Assembly (NCBI RefSeq): GCF_006345805.1
Contig: NC_042997.1
Coordinates: forward strand, 169,446,001-169,510,000
Source of the DNA: Octopus sinensis
Taxonomy: Eukaryota
DNA length: 64,000 bases
Reading direction: 5' to 3'
Below the pieces are notes generated by a model, which saw nothing but the letters and a program-made list of their open reading frames with translations, did not search any database and had not been told where the DNA came from. Shown in pieces: positions 37,815-52,010 of the stretch (within the stretch, counting starts at the first letter, position 1; each line of letters begins with the position of its first letter). The translations under genes and the position numbers were made by a program.

Positions 37815-40789
37815 TTAATACGCTACACTCTAAATTGATCGTTTTATCTGTAATATTTCTCCGATTTTAAAGAATTAAAGTAATCCTATTCTTTTATATT
37901 ATTGTAACCTTTAAACCAGGGTCACGTTTACCATTATTAAAGTAATAAAGGTCTCCGAAACTCCGATCTGGGAAAGGGTTGCACGCCAGACACTTTCTCT
38001 TTCCTTTGCTTACTTCTTTAAGAAATTATATTCTTTTAGCATACTTAATCTATAGTTCATAGCATTGCTTAGAACTTGTTGAAAATTTGTTTGCGGTATG
38101 CTTATCAATATGTAATATAACAAATGAGGAAATACTTGTATTTTAGTAAATCTTTTTAGGTGTTTTTATTAAAATTTTATACATAATATTTCTTTTGTAA
38201 GAAATTTCTTGAATACACTCATAAAAACAAATTAAACCAGGATACAAAACACGAGAATCGTTAAATTTTCTGAAGATACAAACAGGCTTTTAACTTTATA
38301 TGATTAATCATATTTTCTTCCTATGAAATATGTAATTGTATAAGATATATATTTTACAAGGATGATACTGTTTGACCCAATAAAGTTACACACCAGGTCA
38401 TTTTAGTGTAGGTAACGAACAAGAAATCATTCATGTAACTTGTAAAAGAAATCTAGTCACTACTACAAGTATCGAACAATACTATCCCTAGTAAATATAT
38501 TTTTCTACAATAATATATTTATTTAAAGCATTGCTTTTGTTTTTTTTTTTTAGAAAATTTAATAACATACGAGTTTGTATTGCATTCTTTTATTCTAGTT
38601 ATTCAAACCCATTGACAAAACTTGAACCGCACCTTACCGCTTGCCAGTAAGCGATAGTGGTGGCTCAGGTTCCGTCAGTGGTAGTTCAATTCTAGGTGTG
38701 TGTGTGTGTGTGTGTACACACATTTCACATTTAGATGTGGCTGCCACTTCAAGATAAATTACAAGTTGATGTGTTGATGTTAGAATATATGGTAGGCACA
38801 AATTGTAGAGAATAACACTAGGTGTTTTACTGATGTTAATAATTGTCCTGCTGAACTCTTCCACCAAATTTCTGGCTTTGTACCTTTTTTAGGAATTATT
38901 GTTGTGTGCCTACCGGCAAGATAAAAGAGCTGAGAGAGGGCATTTGCTCTTGGAAGAGAAATCCTGAATGTGTTGAGTTTCTTGATTAGCCCTAGGTGAC
39001 TGTGTAATCTGTGAATACCATTACTTTTTTCACACATAATTTATTTGTAAAATCTCTTCACACACACCTTTTATAACCTATCCCTGTAATGTCCTCCTAT
39101 CTGTTGCCCTAAAGGCAATGATAAAGAAATTATCATCATCATCATCTCATGTATAGGAGTTCTAATCCACTGGAATCGACTTTGTATTTACCCCACTGCA
39201 ATTGATAAATAACAGTAGAATCTATTCACATAGCCACCCTTATTCCTCTACAAAATTTTTCTGGGACTTAATTGAAACCTCTCCCCTCCGTTCTCTTTCG
39301 GGGCTTCATTGCTTCTACTGCATCTATTCAGTTTATCAACTAAAATATAGTATAGAATGGATGCTACATGGGATATACAAAGTTAGAAGGCAGGTAATAC
39401 TACATAGTTTTTTAGTTTGAAGGGTCTACATACATGTTCATATAGATATCAATTAAGGCTGTCCATTCAGCTCATTGAACAGGTTGTGTGTGAAAATGTC
39501 AGTTAATTTTTTATAAATACTTTGATCACTAAAAGCATTGTTTTTGTGCAGTGCTTAAACAATTCAGTTCTGTAGAGATTATTATTCAGACTTTTCACTA
39601 CATCTAGAAATAACAGACACAAGAAGTAAATGAAATGCCTCTTGCCAAGAATCAAACCTGTGTTGTAAACTCATTTCATTAGGAGTTTAACAAAATCACC
39701 TATTAACATGAATTACTTGATCATCTTGTTACATCACAATATTTCCATCTGAATCTAGTAGTTTTTAAACTGGAAGGCATACCTTCCTTTGGGGACTTTG
39801 TGAATAATAGTACCCCCAAGCAGACATTGGTGGTCTTCTTACTGGTTTTTAGACTGTTGTGTGACTCATCCTTTTAAATAAAGATATGGTACAGGATACA
39901 GCAGCTGAACTGTATAGTCAAAGAAATTATTAATTCCAAAAATTTATGAATCACACACCTAGTTTACTTTTAATTCACTTTAACATAATCACAAATATAA
40001 GTCCCTGGTGCTGGTGTTTATGAACTAAACATTTTCACCATCACTTACACTTACTCTGTTTACACCCCTCACTTTCATTTATTTGTGTAAACATCCCAGG
40101 ACCAACCTTGAATCGTATTGTACTATATTATTTAATAATTGGATTCTTGTTCCCTTTTAATGAAAAGCATTGTGTACATCATTATTAGTTTCATTTAGGG
40201 AAACAATAAATCAAAGATATATTTCAATTAGATCTCAGTAATCTTTAATTTTCATCATTTGGGAGGCATTTCTTTCAACGGATATAATTTTGAATTGTTG
40301 AATATTAAAAATATTTTTTCAATATACAGAATATTCTGTATATATGAAATTATGTATTAATGATATTCATTCATTTGTTTTATGTCTGTTTTTCCATGTT
40401 AGCATTGGGTTGGACAAATACTTATTGAGGTATTTCTTTGCGACAGGATGTCTCCCTGCCTCTAACTCTTGTCCATTTTTCAAGTTAATGATTTGTTTTT
40501 ATTCCACTTACTTTTGAAAGCGCAGAGTTACAAGACAATTTATTGAGCTTTCATATAGTTTTTATCTACTCTTTCTACTCAAGGCATTAATTGGCCCAAA
40601 GGCTCCAGTGAAAAAAAATGATGCAGTAAGCTAGAACTTTAAACTACATAGTTTGCCAAGCCTACAACTATTTTATCAATTCTAATAAGGCTATTTGAAA
40701 TGGCCTCTGTCTTGTGACTAGCAATAGATGGTCTAGCAATTGTTTGCAGTAGCATTTTGTATATCCTTTCATATATATGTATATAATAA

Positions 40790-41420
40790 AAAAAATATGT
40801 GAGCAAAGTGGACATTGGTTAGAAATTATATGATCTGGATAAAGTGCTTGTGTGAAGCCATTAAGTCTCAAGTTCATCTTGCTTTTCCTTAGCTACTGTC
40901 CTACATCTTGCTCTTATATATTGGTCTCATAAAATACCATTCTTCACTGATTTCTTCAAGATTATGAGAAATTCTTGATTTGTTACATAGACATAAGAGT
41001 TCACATTTATATGACCAAATGATGTTTATTGTGCAACATAGTCTTTTTTGTGGTTCATGCACTTCTACCATCAGTGCTACAGTGCTTGGATTCCATTGGT
41101 GAAGAAGCTTTCATCCTGTTGGTGAAAAGATGAAATAGGAGTGAAGTAAAACAGCTCCAACTGGGAATTTATAAAGCTGGTTTGCTGTCTGAGAGCTAAG
41201 TGTTCTGCTCAATGTCTCACTTCAACAATTTAAATTATAGTTAATATAAACTTCATGCAATCAGAGAAAAGAAGATTAAGATGAAAACTAAATAAATCTT
41301 TAGATATTAAAGGAATCCTAATCTTATCTGAACGTTTGTAAAAAATTTGAGATCCACAATGGAATACTTCTCCTGCCACTTGGAATCTGATGCTGCTTCT
41401 ACTTCTACACATACAGATGT
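40790..41420 (-). mobile_element. Probable downstream segment of an R4/Dong relic
   Basis: Weak remnants only (HNKHH..., ...NQCPLC); heavily decayed. Confidence 0.35.
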
Positions 41421-42165
41421 TTTAGGTTCCATTCAAAAAAGGCCATCTGTCTGATTTGCAAGAAATCACTTGTTAGCAAACTACAACTTCTGACCTACAG
41501 ATGTGCTGTCTACTCACCCTGACTTTTCTATCACTACTATAGTGGCTTATCTGACCCATGTATATCTTCCCATCATGCATATTGTGCCCAGACCCAGCAC
41601 TAAACACAATTCGTAGTCATTCCCTAGATTCTCAGCTTTTTGAACTTCTGTCCCTGCCCAAGAGAAACATTAGCCACATCAATCTCCATTGTCTCTTGCC
41701 ATGAGCGCAATGCAGGCCAATTCCTTACCACAGTTTCTATTCATTTCAATGTTTTGTCTTCACTTTAACACACTATTATTTAAGCATATATTTTATAAAA
41801 CAACATTCAATGTTATTTAATTTATGCTTTTCCATTGTTCTCAATACACCTCTTTCTTAATCCCTTCATTACCATATTTCTAATGAAATGCACTACCTTT
41901 GTGTTTCAATTAATTTTTAGACTGATTTTGGATGGTTTAGGAAAAATAACTAAATCTGATGTGTAGAACATGTCTTCACATTATGACAGGAAGTTGTAAT
42001 TTATATATGAGGATTTTTAAATAGCAGATTAGTTAATGTCAAAAGGATTAAATGCATGTTTATAAATTTTCTTTGTTTCATTGATAGAGAATTATATATT
42101 TGACTCCTCTTTCTGCAAGCTGAAAATATGTCTCATTATTTCTATTCATTTCTCCTATATTCTGT

Positions 42166-42375
42166 CATCATCATCATCGTTTAATGTCCGTCTTCCATAC
42201 ATGCATGGGTAGGATGGTTGACAGGAGCCGACCTGGTAGAAAACTACCCTAGGCTACTGTGTCTCTTTTGGCAGTGTTTTTATGGCTTCATGCCCTTCTT
42301 AGCACTGGGCCCTCTCTACATAGTGGATTCAGTGCTTTTTACATGGTGCTAGCACAATCCAGCCTTCCTCACTTG
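42166..42375 (-). mobile_element. SINE-like family A copy
   Basis: catcatcatcgtttaatgtccg is the reverse complement of the family tail. Confidence 0.7.
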
Positions 42376-44350
42376 GCAATATCAGATTCCATTCTGATTT
42401 CATTGTTAAACACTTACACTCTCACAAAGGTTTCAAATTCCCTTTCAGTTTTTCTCTATAGCTTTAGGTCATCCATGAATAGCAAATGGTTAACTATCTT
42501 CTGTTATGTTTTGTTTTGTTTTTTTTTCCGATGCTATATCTAGCTTTTACTTTCCTCAGTTCTAAAGAGGGTAGTATAAGAGCAATGATAGGTAATGACT
42601 TTGAAAAGTACTCCAATTTATTGTGGCATTTCCAAGTGGGTGCCTTCCTGCTTTTAGTTTCATTTTATAATTTCCCTAATTTACACATATCAGTTCAGTG
42701 ATGTTATTTGGATTTTTTAGCATTTTGAGTATCTTCAACATCCAAGTGTGGGGGTCTATGTCACATGCTTTTTTTGTAATCATTCCACCCCATTGCTAAG
42801 CCAGTCCATCTTACAATTTCTTATTAGTTTGTCAATTGATAGTTGGCCTTTTGTCCCTCTTGAATTTTGCTGGCACCTTTTCTGTTCATTAGGGAGTAAG
42901 TTGTGTACCTCTAAGTGTACAATAGTCTTAATTGGAAACATACTTAATAACAGTTTCCATAGTAGTGGTGAGCAAGTTATCAAACTGTTATTTGAGACTT
43001 CAGCACCTTTCTGTTTGTCTGACATAACAGAGTTGTCTTATCCTTAGTCATCTAATTTAGGATTCTTCCATTCCAGAGACATTCATTAATAATTTAACAC
43101 TTTTCTGAGTGCATTAATGTTCTTTAACTGTCCGGTTTGAATGACCTATCATTAGATGCTTTTAAAACTTTTTTGCAATGTGCTCCAAAATGCTTACTAT
43201 GTCAGCCAGTTGTTCTACTCTTTTTAATTATTATCTATTCTGTACACTTTACCTCCTTGCTGATATCTTTGTTGCTCCTCATATAACTCCCAAACTTTGT
43301 GCTTTTCTCTGTATCATTGTATCTTTCTACCTCCTTCAATTTTTCAGATAATCTCTTGTGAGTATTTTGGAACAGTCTGTTTTACTGAAACTGGTCTATT
43401 CTCTTCTCATATTGTTTTATCTTAGTTACTTTGCTGCCACTCTATACTTCAGTTCTAATACAAAATTTATTCCTCCCCTTTCATTCTTTACATTATATTT
43501 TCTTTCTAGTACTTTGATGGTGCTTGTTTCCTTGGTGTATCTTCTTTAGGGAGCTGTAGTTAACTCCCCTCTCATCATAAGCACCTGACACTCTTCTATT
43601 TGCCTTTTACATCAGGGTGTTTGTTCAGTCTTGGTTTACCTACCTTATAGCCAACCTCTTTTACTACAACTGCTACAGCCTTGTATTTACTTCCAGGAAA
43701 TAATTGATACATTTCTATTACCTTGTCAATTTCTTTTGCTTTTGCTTTATTTTCTTTCTATCATACTGTCTTAGTTTACCAGGCTTTTCATAATTACTTT
43801 ATTCAAGTTGGTCTAATATCTTGTCCATTAATTCAGTCTCCTTCTCACTTCAACCATCCTACCACATTTTCCTTTCTGCCCAACTTAGCACCTTCTTCAC
43901 TATGACAGCTTAACCCTGTCTCTGTATTTTCTTTGCCATGGTCTTCATTAGGTTTTCTATTTATTTAATTTCTTCTAATTCCAAGTTGAATAGGTTGCTA
44001 TTGTGCTTTATAGGATATGCTTGCCCAGCCAGTTTCTGCTCTGTTATTGGAGATACATCTATCACATTCCAAATTACTGACATTCTATGCCTACACCCTG
44101 TTTTATTAGGATTGCTCATAAAGTTTCATTACCAGCTTGTTTAGTTCTTTTATTTAAGTGGTTTTAACTAGCTTCTCTCATCTTTCTAGCACATATACAT
44201 ACTGTGCTGGTGTAGTTACTTGATATATTTTCTCTAAACTGAGGGTCTTATTTGTAGAAACAGCATGATGACTAACAAGAGACCTGTTCCTGTATCACCT
44301 GCCTGCTACTCCAAACAACTTTAGCTCCACAGCTCTCAGTTTCAGTTTTA
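42375..44350 (-). mobile_element. R4/Dong-clade LINE reverse transcriptase relic
   Basis: ITCSPLLWKLL...EQKRCQQNSRGTKGQLSIDKL...WNDYKKACDIDPHTW, and VNHLLFMDDLKL at about 42460-42500. Confidence 0.65.
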
Positions 44351-45344
44351 TCTGTAATCTTATTTGACATTTTCACTCATGATGGGGTTAGTGTTTTAAG
44401 GTAACATTACCACCAGTAGTTTTATTGAGAAACTATTTCTCTGATGATCACCCTCCATCATGGAATTTCAATCATGTTTCGTGGTCTGCTACCACAACAG
44501 CTCCTTTATAGGATCCAGTTAGCTCAAGACATCATCAGGAGGAACCATGTCAGGTTTCAGTCCCTACTCCTCTACTGTTTTGACGTGCCCCCCCTCTTTT
44601 TTGAGGTGTCTTCAGCTCTGGTGTTGGGTACATGTCTTCTTTCTTCTGTTCCCTGGCCTCTTCGATGTAGCATCAACAAGTGTCAGGGGGTGACTGACTG
44701 TCTTGTCAAATTCCCCTTTAAATACCTGCTGCTAAGCTCCAGCAAGCAGCCCCAACAAATTGTCATGTGATACTGTCTCAACTTTAACTGACCAATGAAG
44801 GCACGTAGTCTTAGACCACGCATTCTCTAAATGAGACCGTCCAGCCATATCCATCCAAAATATTCTACCTGTTTTATGTTCAAGCTGGTCAAATCTGGCC
44901 TTTCATACCTTACCCTATGACATGAATCTAAAACTAAACAATCACATCATCAAAATCTTAATGCTTCAAAATATTGCATGAATAAATTAAAACAATGTGA
45001 ATAAATAAGCATTGCATTTGACACACTAATTTGGATGTTAAAGGGTTAAACAAGATTCTTTTTCAAGTGACCGACTTAATCATGTTTGATGCCAATTCAG
45101 CATTTTGTGGTCTTAGATCATCATCATCTTTTAACATCTGTTCTCCATGTTAGCATAGGTTGGACGGTTTGTTCTTATTATTAGGGCAGGGGATGGACAG
45201 AATTGTCAGAGCATTATAAAAATTTTTCTGCAGTATTTGTCCTCATTGCAGTCAACTTTGCCTTCTGGAGTTGATTAAATCAGCTGCTCCCCTTCTCTAG
45301 AATTTCAAGACTTGTAACTTGGTTAGAGATAATTATTTAAGGGT

Positions 45345-46030
45345 GGTAAATTGGTAGAAACATTAGAACATAGGAATAAAAATGCCTTGCAGGATTTTTC
45401 TAACTCTTTACATAAGATTCTTTACATTCTTGGTTCAAATCCCACTGCAGACTTTCTTCCCTCCAGGGTCAATAAAATGTAGGACCAGTCTAGTAATGGG
45501 GATGATGGTGTTAAAATTTCCTCTCTTTCTTCAAAGTTGTTGGCCTTTTGCCTAAGTCAGAAGACATTATCATTATTGTTGTTGTTATTACCATCACCAT
45601 TATTATTATTATTATGGTGATGAGCTAACGGAATCATTAGCATGCCAGGCAAAATGCTAAGCAGCATTTCATCCATCTTTATGTTCTGAGTTCGAATTCT
45701 GCCGAGGTCAACTTTGCCTTTCATCCTTCTTTCAGAGTCCATAAAATCAGTACCAGTTGTACACTGAGGTCAATGTAATTGACTTAACCCCTCCCACAAA
45801 ATTGCTGGCCTTGTGCCAAAATTTGAAATCCTTATTAAGACGGTGAACTAGCAAAATTATTAGCATACCAGACAAAATGCTGGTGTGCTGAGTTCAGTAT
45901 CTGCCTAAGTCAGCTTTATCTTTCATCTTTTCAGGGTTTATAAAATAAGTACCTGTTGAGCCCTGGTGTTGATGTAATGAATTTACCCCCTCCCCCAAAT
46001 TACTGGCCTTGTGCCAAAATTTGAAACTAT
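45345..46030 (+). mobile_element. Cluster of three tandem SINE family B copies
   Basis: Repeated head/B-box/actttgcctt...gtcaat...gtaccag...ggccttgtgccaaaa bodies. Other copies lie at 7125-7325(+), 13050-13290(-), 35398-35575(+), 46608-46790(+), 48787-48972(-) and 63060-63190(+). Confidence 0.8.
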
Positions 46031-46054
46031 TTTTATTATTATTATTGAGTGAGA

Positions 46055-46560
46055 GAGCAATGCATGCCATCAAAGTGACAAATATATGAAGCTCAATATA
46101 CTCATTATGACTATCAGCCTGATAAGGGTACAACAGGCACATGCATGACAACCACATGTGTGCAACATGGTGATCTCATATCAAAATAAACAGCACTTGA
46201 CCTACCCAGTTAGAAATTTTCTTCAGGTTAAGTTTCCCCGAATAAAGGTCGTTTAAGGATGATGAATGAAAAAACCATGTTTCCAGAAGTGAAATATTCA
46301 AACTCCAAAGAATTTCTCTCAACACATGGCTATGATGCTCCCCCACTATTTCTTCTCATGATCAGAGACGCATATATTATTAGCCATTAAGGGACATGCT
46401 CAACTGGTTACGGTCAAACAACTGACAAGCAAGCCTGTGGTATTGAGTAGAATGTTGTAGCCCATCTTTTATACCAAGACAAAACACGCACATGATGATA
46501 TTTTCAGTGGGTTTAAATCAGAAGCCATAAGAGCCGCTGCTTGGTACTGCATTAGGGCAT
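46055..46560. repeat. Unclassified interspersed repeat (partial second copy 48495-48710)
   Basis: Shared ggctatgatgctccccc...gacatgctcaactggtt...catcttttatacca...gatcagaagcca. Confidence 0.6.
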
Positions 46561-47487
46561 ATTATTACTATTATTGTTATTATTATTATTATTTTTGTTA
46601 TTATTATTAAGGTGGCAAGCTGGCAGAATTCTTAGCATTTTATCCATCTTTACAGTCTGGGTACGAATTCTGCCAAGGTTGACTCTGCCTTTCAGGGTCA
46701 ATGAAATAAGTACCAGTAGAGCACTGGGGTAATCGTAATCAACTAGCCCCATTCCCCAAAATTTCAGGCCCTGTACTTATAATAGAAAAGATTATTATTA
46801 TTTTTTATTTATTTATTTTTTTTCAGTCAAGCTGCTCTAATTACAGTTCTTTCAGCTGTTAGACATGAAATCTAGTCTTATCAGTTTCTAACTTTGGGAT
46901 TAACCATCTACTTAATTTACTTCAGTTGATCCAAAAACGAAGTCTTCTATTTCAGTAGTATGTCGTATGTGGTAAAAACAAAGAAAAAGAATGAAAGAAA
47001 AAAATGAAATTTATTGTTTATTATTTAACCTGTGGATAACCTGTTGGCTTACAGGCTTTATTCCTCATGACAAGATTATCCATGAACTGCTCTAATCTTC
47101 TACAGCTAGTTGAAAGAAACTATGAACAATAGCACAACTGATAATTGTAGGTCAAATCTGCTAATCACTTAGCTATAATTATCTTTGTTATAAAAACATA
47201 TACACTTAAAAATTTGCAGTGAGCTTGATTTGGTACTTATCATTCAGCTATTTTTGAAAACCATTATTTTAGCCATCTTTTATATACGTATTTATTTGTT
47301 TCAGTCATATGACTGGTCATGCTGGAGCACTGCCTTTAGTCGAACAAATCGACTCCAGGACTTATTCTTTGTAAGCCTAGTACTTATTTTATCGCTCTCT
47401 TTTGCTGAAGCACTAAGTTACGTGGATGTAAACACACCAACATCAGTTGTCAAGCAATGGGGGTAGGGGATGGGCACAGGCACATAC

Positions 47488-47544
<57 letters not shown>

Positions 47545-49169
47545 AAGAATTCACATTTGACAACTGATGTTAGTGTGTTTATGTCCCTATAACTTAGTGG
47601 TTCGGAAAAAAGGACCAATAGAATACATTCTAGGCTTACAAAGAATAGGTCCTGAGGTCAATTTGACTAAAACCCGTTAAGGTGGTGCTCCAGCGTGGCT
47701 GCAGTCTAATGACTGAAACAAGTAAAAGAATAAAAGAATGTGTGTCACGACATCAAAGCACTTGTATCAGTGTCATGTAAAGGGCACCTATGCCTGAACC
47801 ACAGAGAAAACAGCTGTGCCAGCATCACATAGAGAGCACCTGTGCTGGTGCCATGTAAGAGGCACCTGTAAAAAAAGTTACCTTCTCAAATCACACCAAC
47901 TCATAAAGGCCAGTTTCCCAGTTTCATGGTGTATATATATGCTCTCCATCTGGACTGGACACTGGTTCATTGCATGATTATTCATTTTTGCCAGCTGAGT
48001 GGAATGGAGCAACATTAAATGAAGTGTTCTGCTCAAGAACACATGTTGCCTGGTCTAGGAATCAAAACCACATTCTTGCAATTATGAGCCCAATACCTTA
48101 AGCACTAAGCCATGTGTCTCCACAAGAGGCACCTATGCCAGCACCACATAAAAGGCACCCAGTACACTCTGTAAGGTAGTTGGCATTTGGAAGGGCATCT
48201 AGCCATAGAAACCATGCCAAACAGACTAATAAGACCAGTGCAGCCCTCTAGCTTCCCAGCTCCTGTCAAACCATTCAACCCATGGCAGCATAGAAAACGA
48301 ACATTGAATGATGATGATGAAGATATATCTATGTGTGGTGTGTATGTATGTTTATATATATATATATATATACAGAATATGGGGGTTTAGTTCACTAGAG
48401 GTACACTGGGTGAATGCTGTAATGGGTTATCTTGGTTCCAAGCTCGAAACTGACATAGGAGCTATGGAGCCATTTTAAGTTTCCAATTTAGCAGGCTATG
48501 ATGCTCCCCCACTACTTTTGCTTGTGATCAGATATGCACATATCATCAGCCACTAAGAGACATGCTCAACTGGTTGTGGTCAAGCAAGTGACAAGCAATG
48601 CTATGATATTGAGTAGAATATTTACTGTAGCTCATCTTTTATACCATGACAAAATATGTACATGTACACTGATGATCAGTTAAGATCAGAAGCCACGAGA
48701 GCCTGGTACTGCTATTATTATTTTTATTAATTATCTGTTTTGGTCAATTTAGATTGAAGAACATTTCATTGATGATTTCCTATTTCTTTACTGTCTCCAA
48801 GGGGCTACACACAGAGGGGACAAACAAAGACAACCAGATTAAGTCGATTATCCCCGAAAGGATGAAAGGCAAAGTCGACCTCAGCGGAATTTGAACTCAG
48901 AACATAGCGGCAGACGAAATACCGCTAAGCATTTCGCCCGGCTTGCTAACGTTTCTGCCAGCTCATTGCCTTTCATTGGGGTTTAGTTCACTTGTGATCA
49001 AATCATTGATGATTTCCTGTAGTATAATAAAAGAAGAGTTTGTTGAGTGTTAGTTACCTTTGTAGAACATCACCAGTTTCCTCAGAATCCTGGATTATCC
49101 TAGTAATAGAATGCTTTATCTAAAAATGACAGGAGAAGGTGGGCTTCAGAAGACCCATCAAGCCAAGTG

Positions 49170-49603
49170 AAATTGTAGCTGTGGCTGGTGTCATATAAAT
49201 GGCACCCATGGAATCGTAATCATGGCCATTGCCGGTAGCATAATCTTTGAATGTTTGGCCTCAGAGGAAAGGGACAAGGTAGTGAACCATGATCTTCGAA
49301 TGTTGTGCTTCACAGAGGCAAGGAAAAGTGACCGAGACCTTGGTGATATGCTGTGACTGAGAAGACTTGCCAAGTCAAGTGAAACCATAGTCGTGACCGT
49401 TGCCAGTGTCATGTAAATGGCACCCATGTTGGTGGCACATAAAAAAGCACCCATCACATTCTTGGAGTGGTTGCCATTAGGAAGGGCATCCAGCCACAGA
49501 AACCATGCCAAATCAGATTGGAACCTGGTGCAGTTCTTCGGCTTACCAGTACCACTCAAAGCGTCTAACCCATGCCAGCATAAAAAGTGGATGTTAAATG
49601 ATG
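49170..49603 (+). mobile_element. SINE-like family A copy
   Basis: aaaaaagcacccatcac...ttaggaagggcatccagcc...gttaaatgatga. Confidence 0.7.
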
Positions 49604-50668
49604 AAGTAAAATTTGTTTAGGAAGGGAGACAACTCTGCTATAGACATTTTAATATTGTTTCTACAATTGTAATATACATGTACATGCTAGTGAGACCCAT
49701 GGAAATTTCACAGAACGAAAAAGATTTAGAGAAGTTATTTAAGAAAGAAAGGATGATTTGCATTTTTATTTTGCTAAGCTATTTCACTTCCAGTCACAAT
49801 AATATATTATATGATTTTAAAATTTCTCTCTGCTTAGCACTTTCTGTTTACCTCTTCAACAAACTTTAATCATGTAATTCCCTTCTTCATGTCTTTAACA
49901 TTTCTCTCTTTCTCTTCATCTTTCACTTCCACTAGTCACATGAATGACAGCATAATTCAGCAGCTGGCTATCGGTTCTCTCACTCACTCTCACATTGCCT
50001 CTTCGTCTTTCACTCCTCCTCCTCCTCTCTAATGAACTAAAGCATAAAGTGTGAATGAACAGGTAGAAGAATAATATTATAGATTTAGTTCAATAAAAAA
50101 AAATACTTTTCACTATCAACACACCATCACCATCATCACTATAGTTTTCAGTCCAGCTGTTTGTTTATATTTACTCTGACAATGCAAAAACTATCTGCCT
50201 TTCTCTCTCACTCTTAATATAACTGCCTCCCCTGTCCATCTCTATCTACCTTTCTTTAACCTCACCACCAGAACATCACTCTCTGCTAAATATTGTATCT
50301 TAAACATATCTCTTTCTCTTTACCTTTCCCTTCCTACCCTACAGCACATCATTAACATTTCTCTTTCCCTCTTTCCTCTCACTATCTTGTTCTCTCACTC
50401 TTTACCTCTCCCTTCAAGTAACCACATGGTGCATTTGGCCTTATTATACATCTTTCTCTACTTCTTCCTCACTTCTTCTCTACTAACACTCCTCCCTGTT
50501 TCACTTTTAATCCACTCCACCTCTCTAACTAAGGTATAACAGGCTAATGAAAAAGATTATTATATTTAATCGGTATTAGGGTTGCTAAGTGATTTAAGGT
50601 GTCAATGAATATAACCCTTAGCCCTTGTGTCACTCTCTCACTAATGTTGATTAATAACATATATAGGT

Positions 50669-51340
50669 ATCCAGGGTTCGGTGAATATATTGCCATCTAT
50701 ATTATGCATAAATAAAAATAACACTGACATCTCATTTTAAGAAATATATTTACCAAAATTACATTAAAATATCTTGAAATACTAAAGAGTAAATTTATTT
50801 AATAAAATCACCTTTAGCTTCAACCAGCCTCTGGAATCTCCTTCATCCACAGACTTCAGAATCTCTTGTAACTCTTCTGGACAGTCTCCTTGTTTAAGTT
50901 GGTCAATGCTGCCATAATTCTTGCCTTCAGTTCATCTTTGGTGTTACTCAACTGCACCCCACACATAATAATCAAGGGGGTTGCAGTCTGGGAAGTTAGG
51001 TGGCCAGATGAAAGGGGTGATGTGGTCACAGAAATTGTCTGACAGCCATGACTAGATTCTCCTGCTGGTGTGGCATGGTGCAGAGTCCTGTTACCAGACA
51101 GGTGCTTCCAGTAGCCACCCTTTTGACCCATGGCAGCACTACCTCCTCCAAGCACTTGATGTAGGCCTCTGTGTTGAGTCTGGGGCTGTGTGGGAAGATG
51201 AATGGAGGCATAATATTACCATCACTAGTGATCACTCCAAACACCATGATGTTGACAGGATGTTTGATTTTTATTGGTACATGTTTGGGGGACCTAGCAA
51301 GCCAATGACTGTTCTGTGTGTTCACCATCTATTTGTATTG
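50669..51340 (-). mobile_element. DD37D (maT-type) Tc1/mariner transposase 3' fragment
   Basis: IMVFGVITSDG...EAYIKCLEEVVLPW...QDSAPCHT...WPPNFPDCNPLDYYVWG. There are 37 residues between the last two Asp, and the frame is broken. Confidence 0.8.
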
Positions 51341-51876
51341 GAGCTTCTGGCATGAATGCCGAGCAGTACAGCATGTTGTTTCCAAATTTCTAACTAAGTG
51401 AATTGCCTCATGGTTTTGTTTTTCTCACAGATCTAAATTTTAATAAGAATAATGTTCTGCCCACAATTAAAATCTTGAAGCTTTTTATTATTGGAAACAG
51501 CATGCTAATTACCAACTTCAGAAATTAAGCTTGTAGAAAAACATTAATAACTTTCAGAGTATGAACGTTTTCACTACTATTATCACTACTAACAATAATC
51601 TAAAGTTTATTGTTATCTTTTATTTGAGTTCTGCTGTAAATTTATTTCTGATTTAGCTCAAGTCATTTTAATATTTGGTAGGTTGTCATTGCAGAAATAA
51701 TTTGCTGACTTCAAACTTGTGAGAAGAGAAGGTAATTTTATTTTATGCCTTGTGGAAATGAAAGTCATAACTCATTTAGGAATACAATATTATTTTCATT
51801 ATATTCATTTATTTTATTTTGATTATATTCACTTCTCTATTTTCATTTAAGTGTTTTATTTTTTTTTTATTTTCAG

Positions 51877-52010
51877 TGACTGTCAGCAAAATAAGATGGC
51901 TGCTATTAGTGTAAAGTGAAACTAATGAACAAACAATGCCTTTTTTACATGCAGTGGCTATATTGTCATACTAGTTACCCAAAACATCTCAAACGGAATG
52001 GATCTTGTTG
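51877..52010 (+). other. SCAP: 5' UTR part of the SCAP start-codon exon, containing several uATGs
   Basis: Long T-tract ending tttcag at 51876. ATGs at 51896, 51925, 51936, 51949 and 51998 precede the SCAP ATG. Confidence 0.75.

Noticed and set aside
38893-38995. Possible extra SCAP 5' UTR exon
   Set aside because: The acceptor is good but the donor (gtgact) is mediocre; cannot be supported without transcripts.
48405-48460. Hairpin followed by CGAAAC resembling a hammerhead 3' half
   Set aside because: No CUGANGA or covariant core upstream and no palindromic stem III.
49890-50530. Long pyrimidine-rich strand-biased tract
   Set aside because: Ordinary low-complexity CT-rich DNA with no mirror symmetry or periodicity that I could establish.
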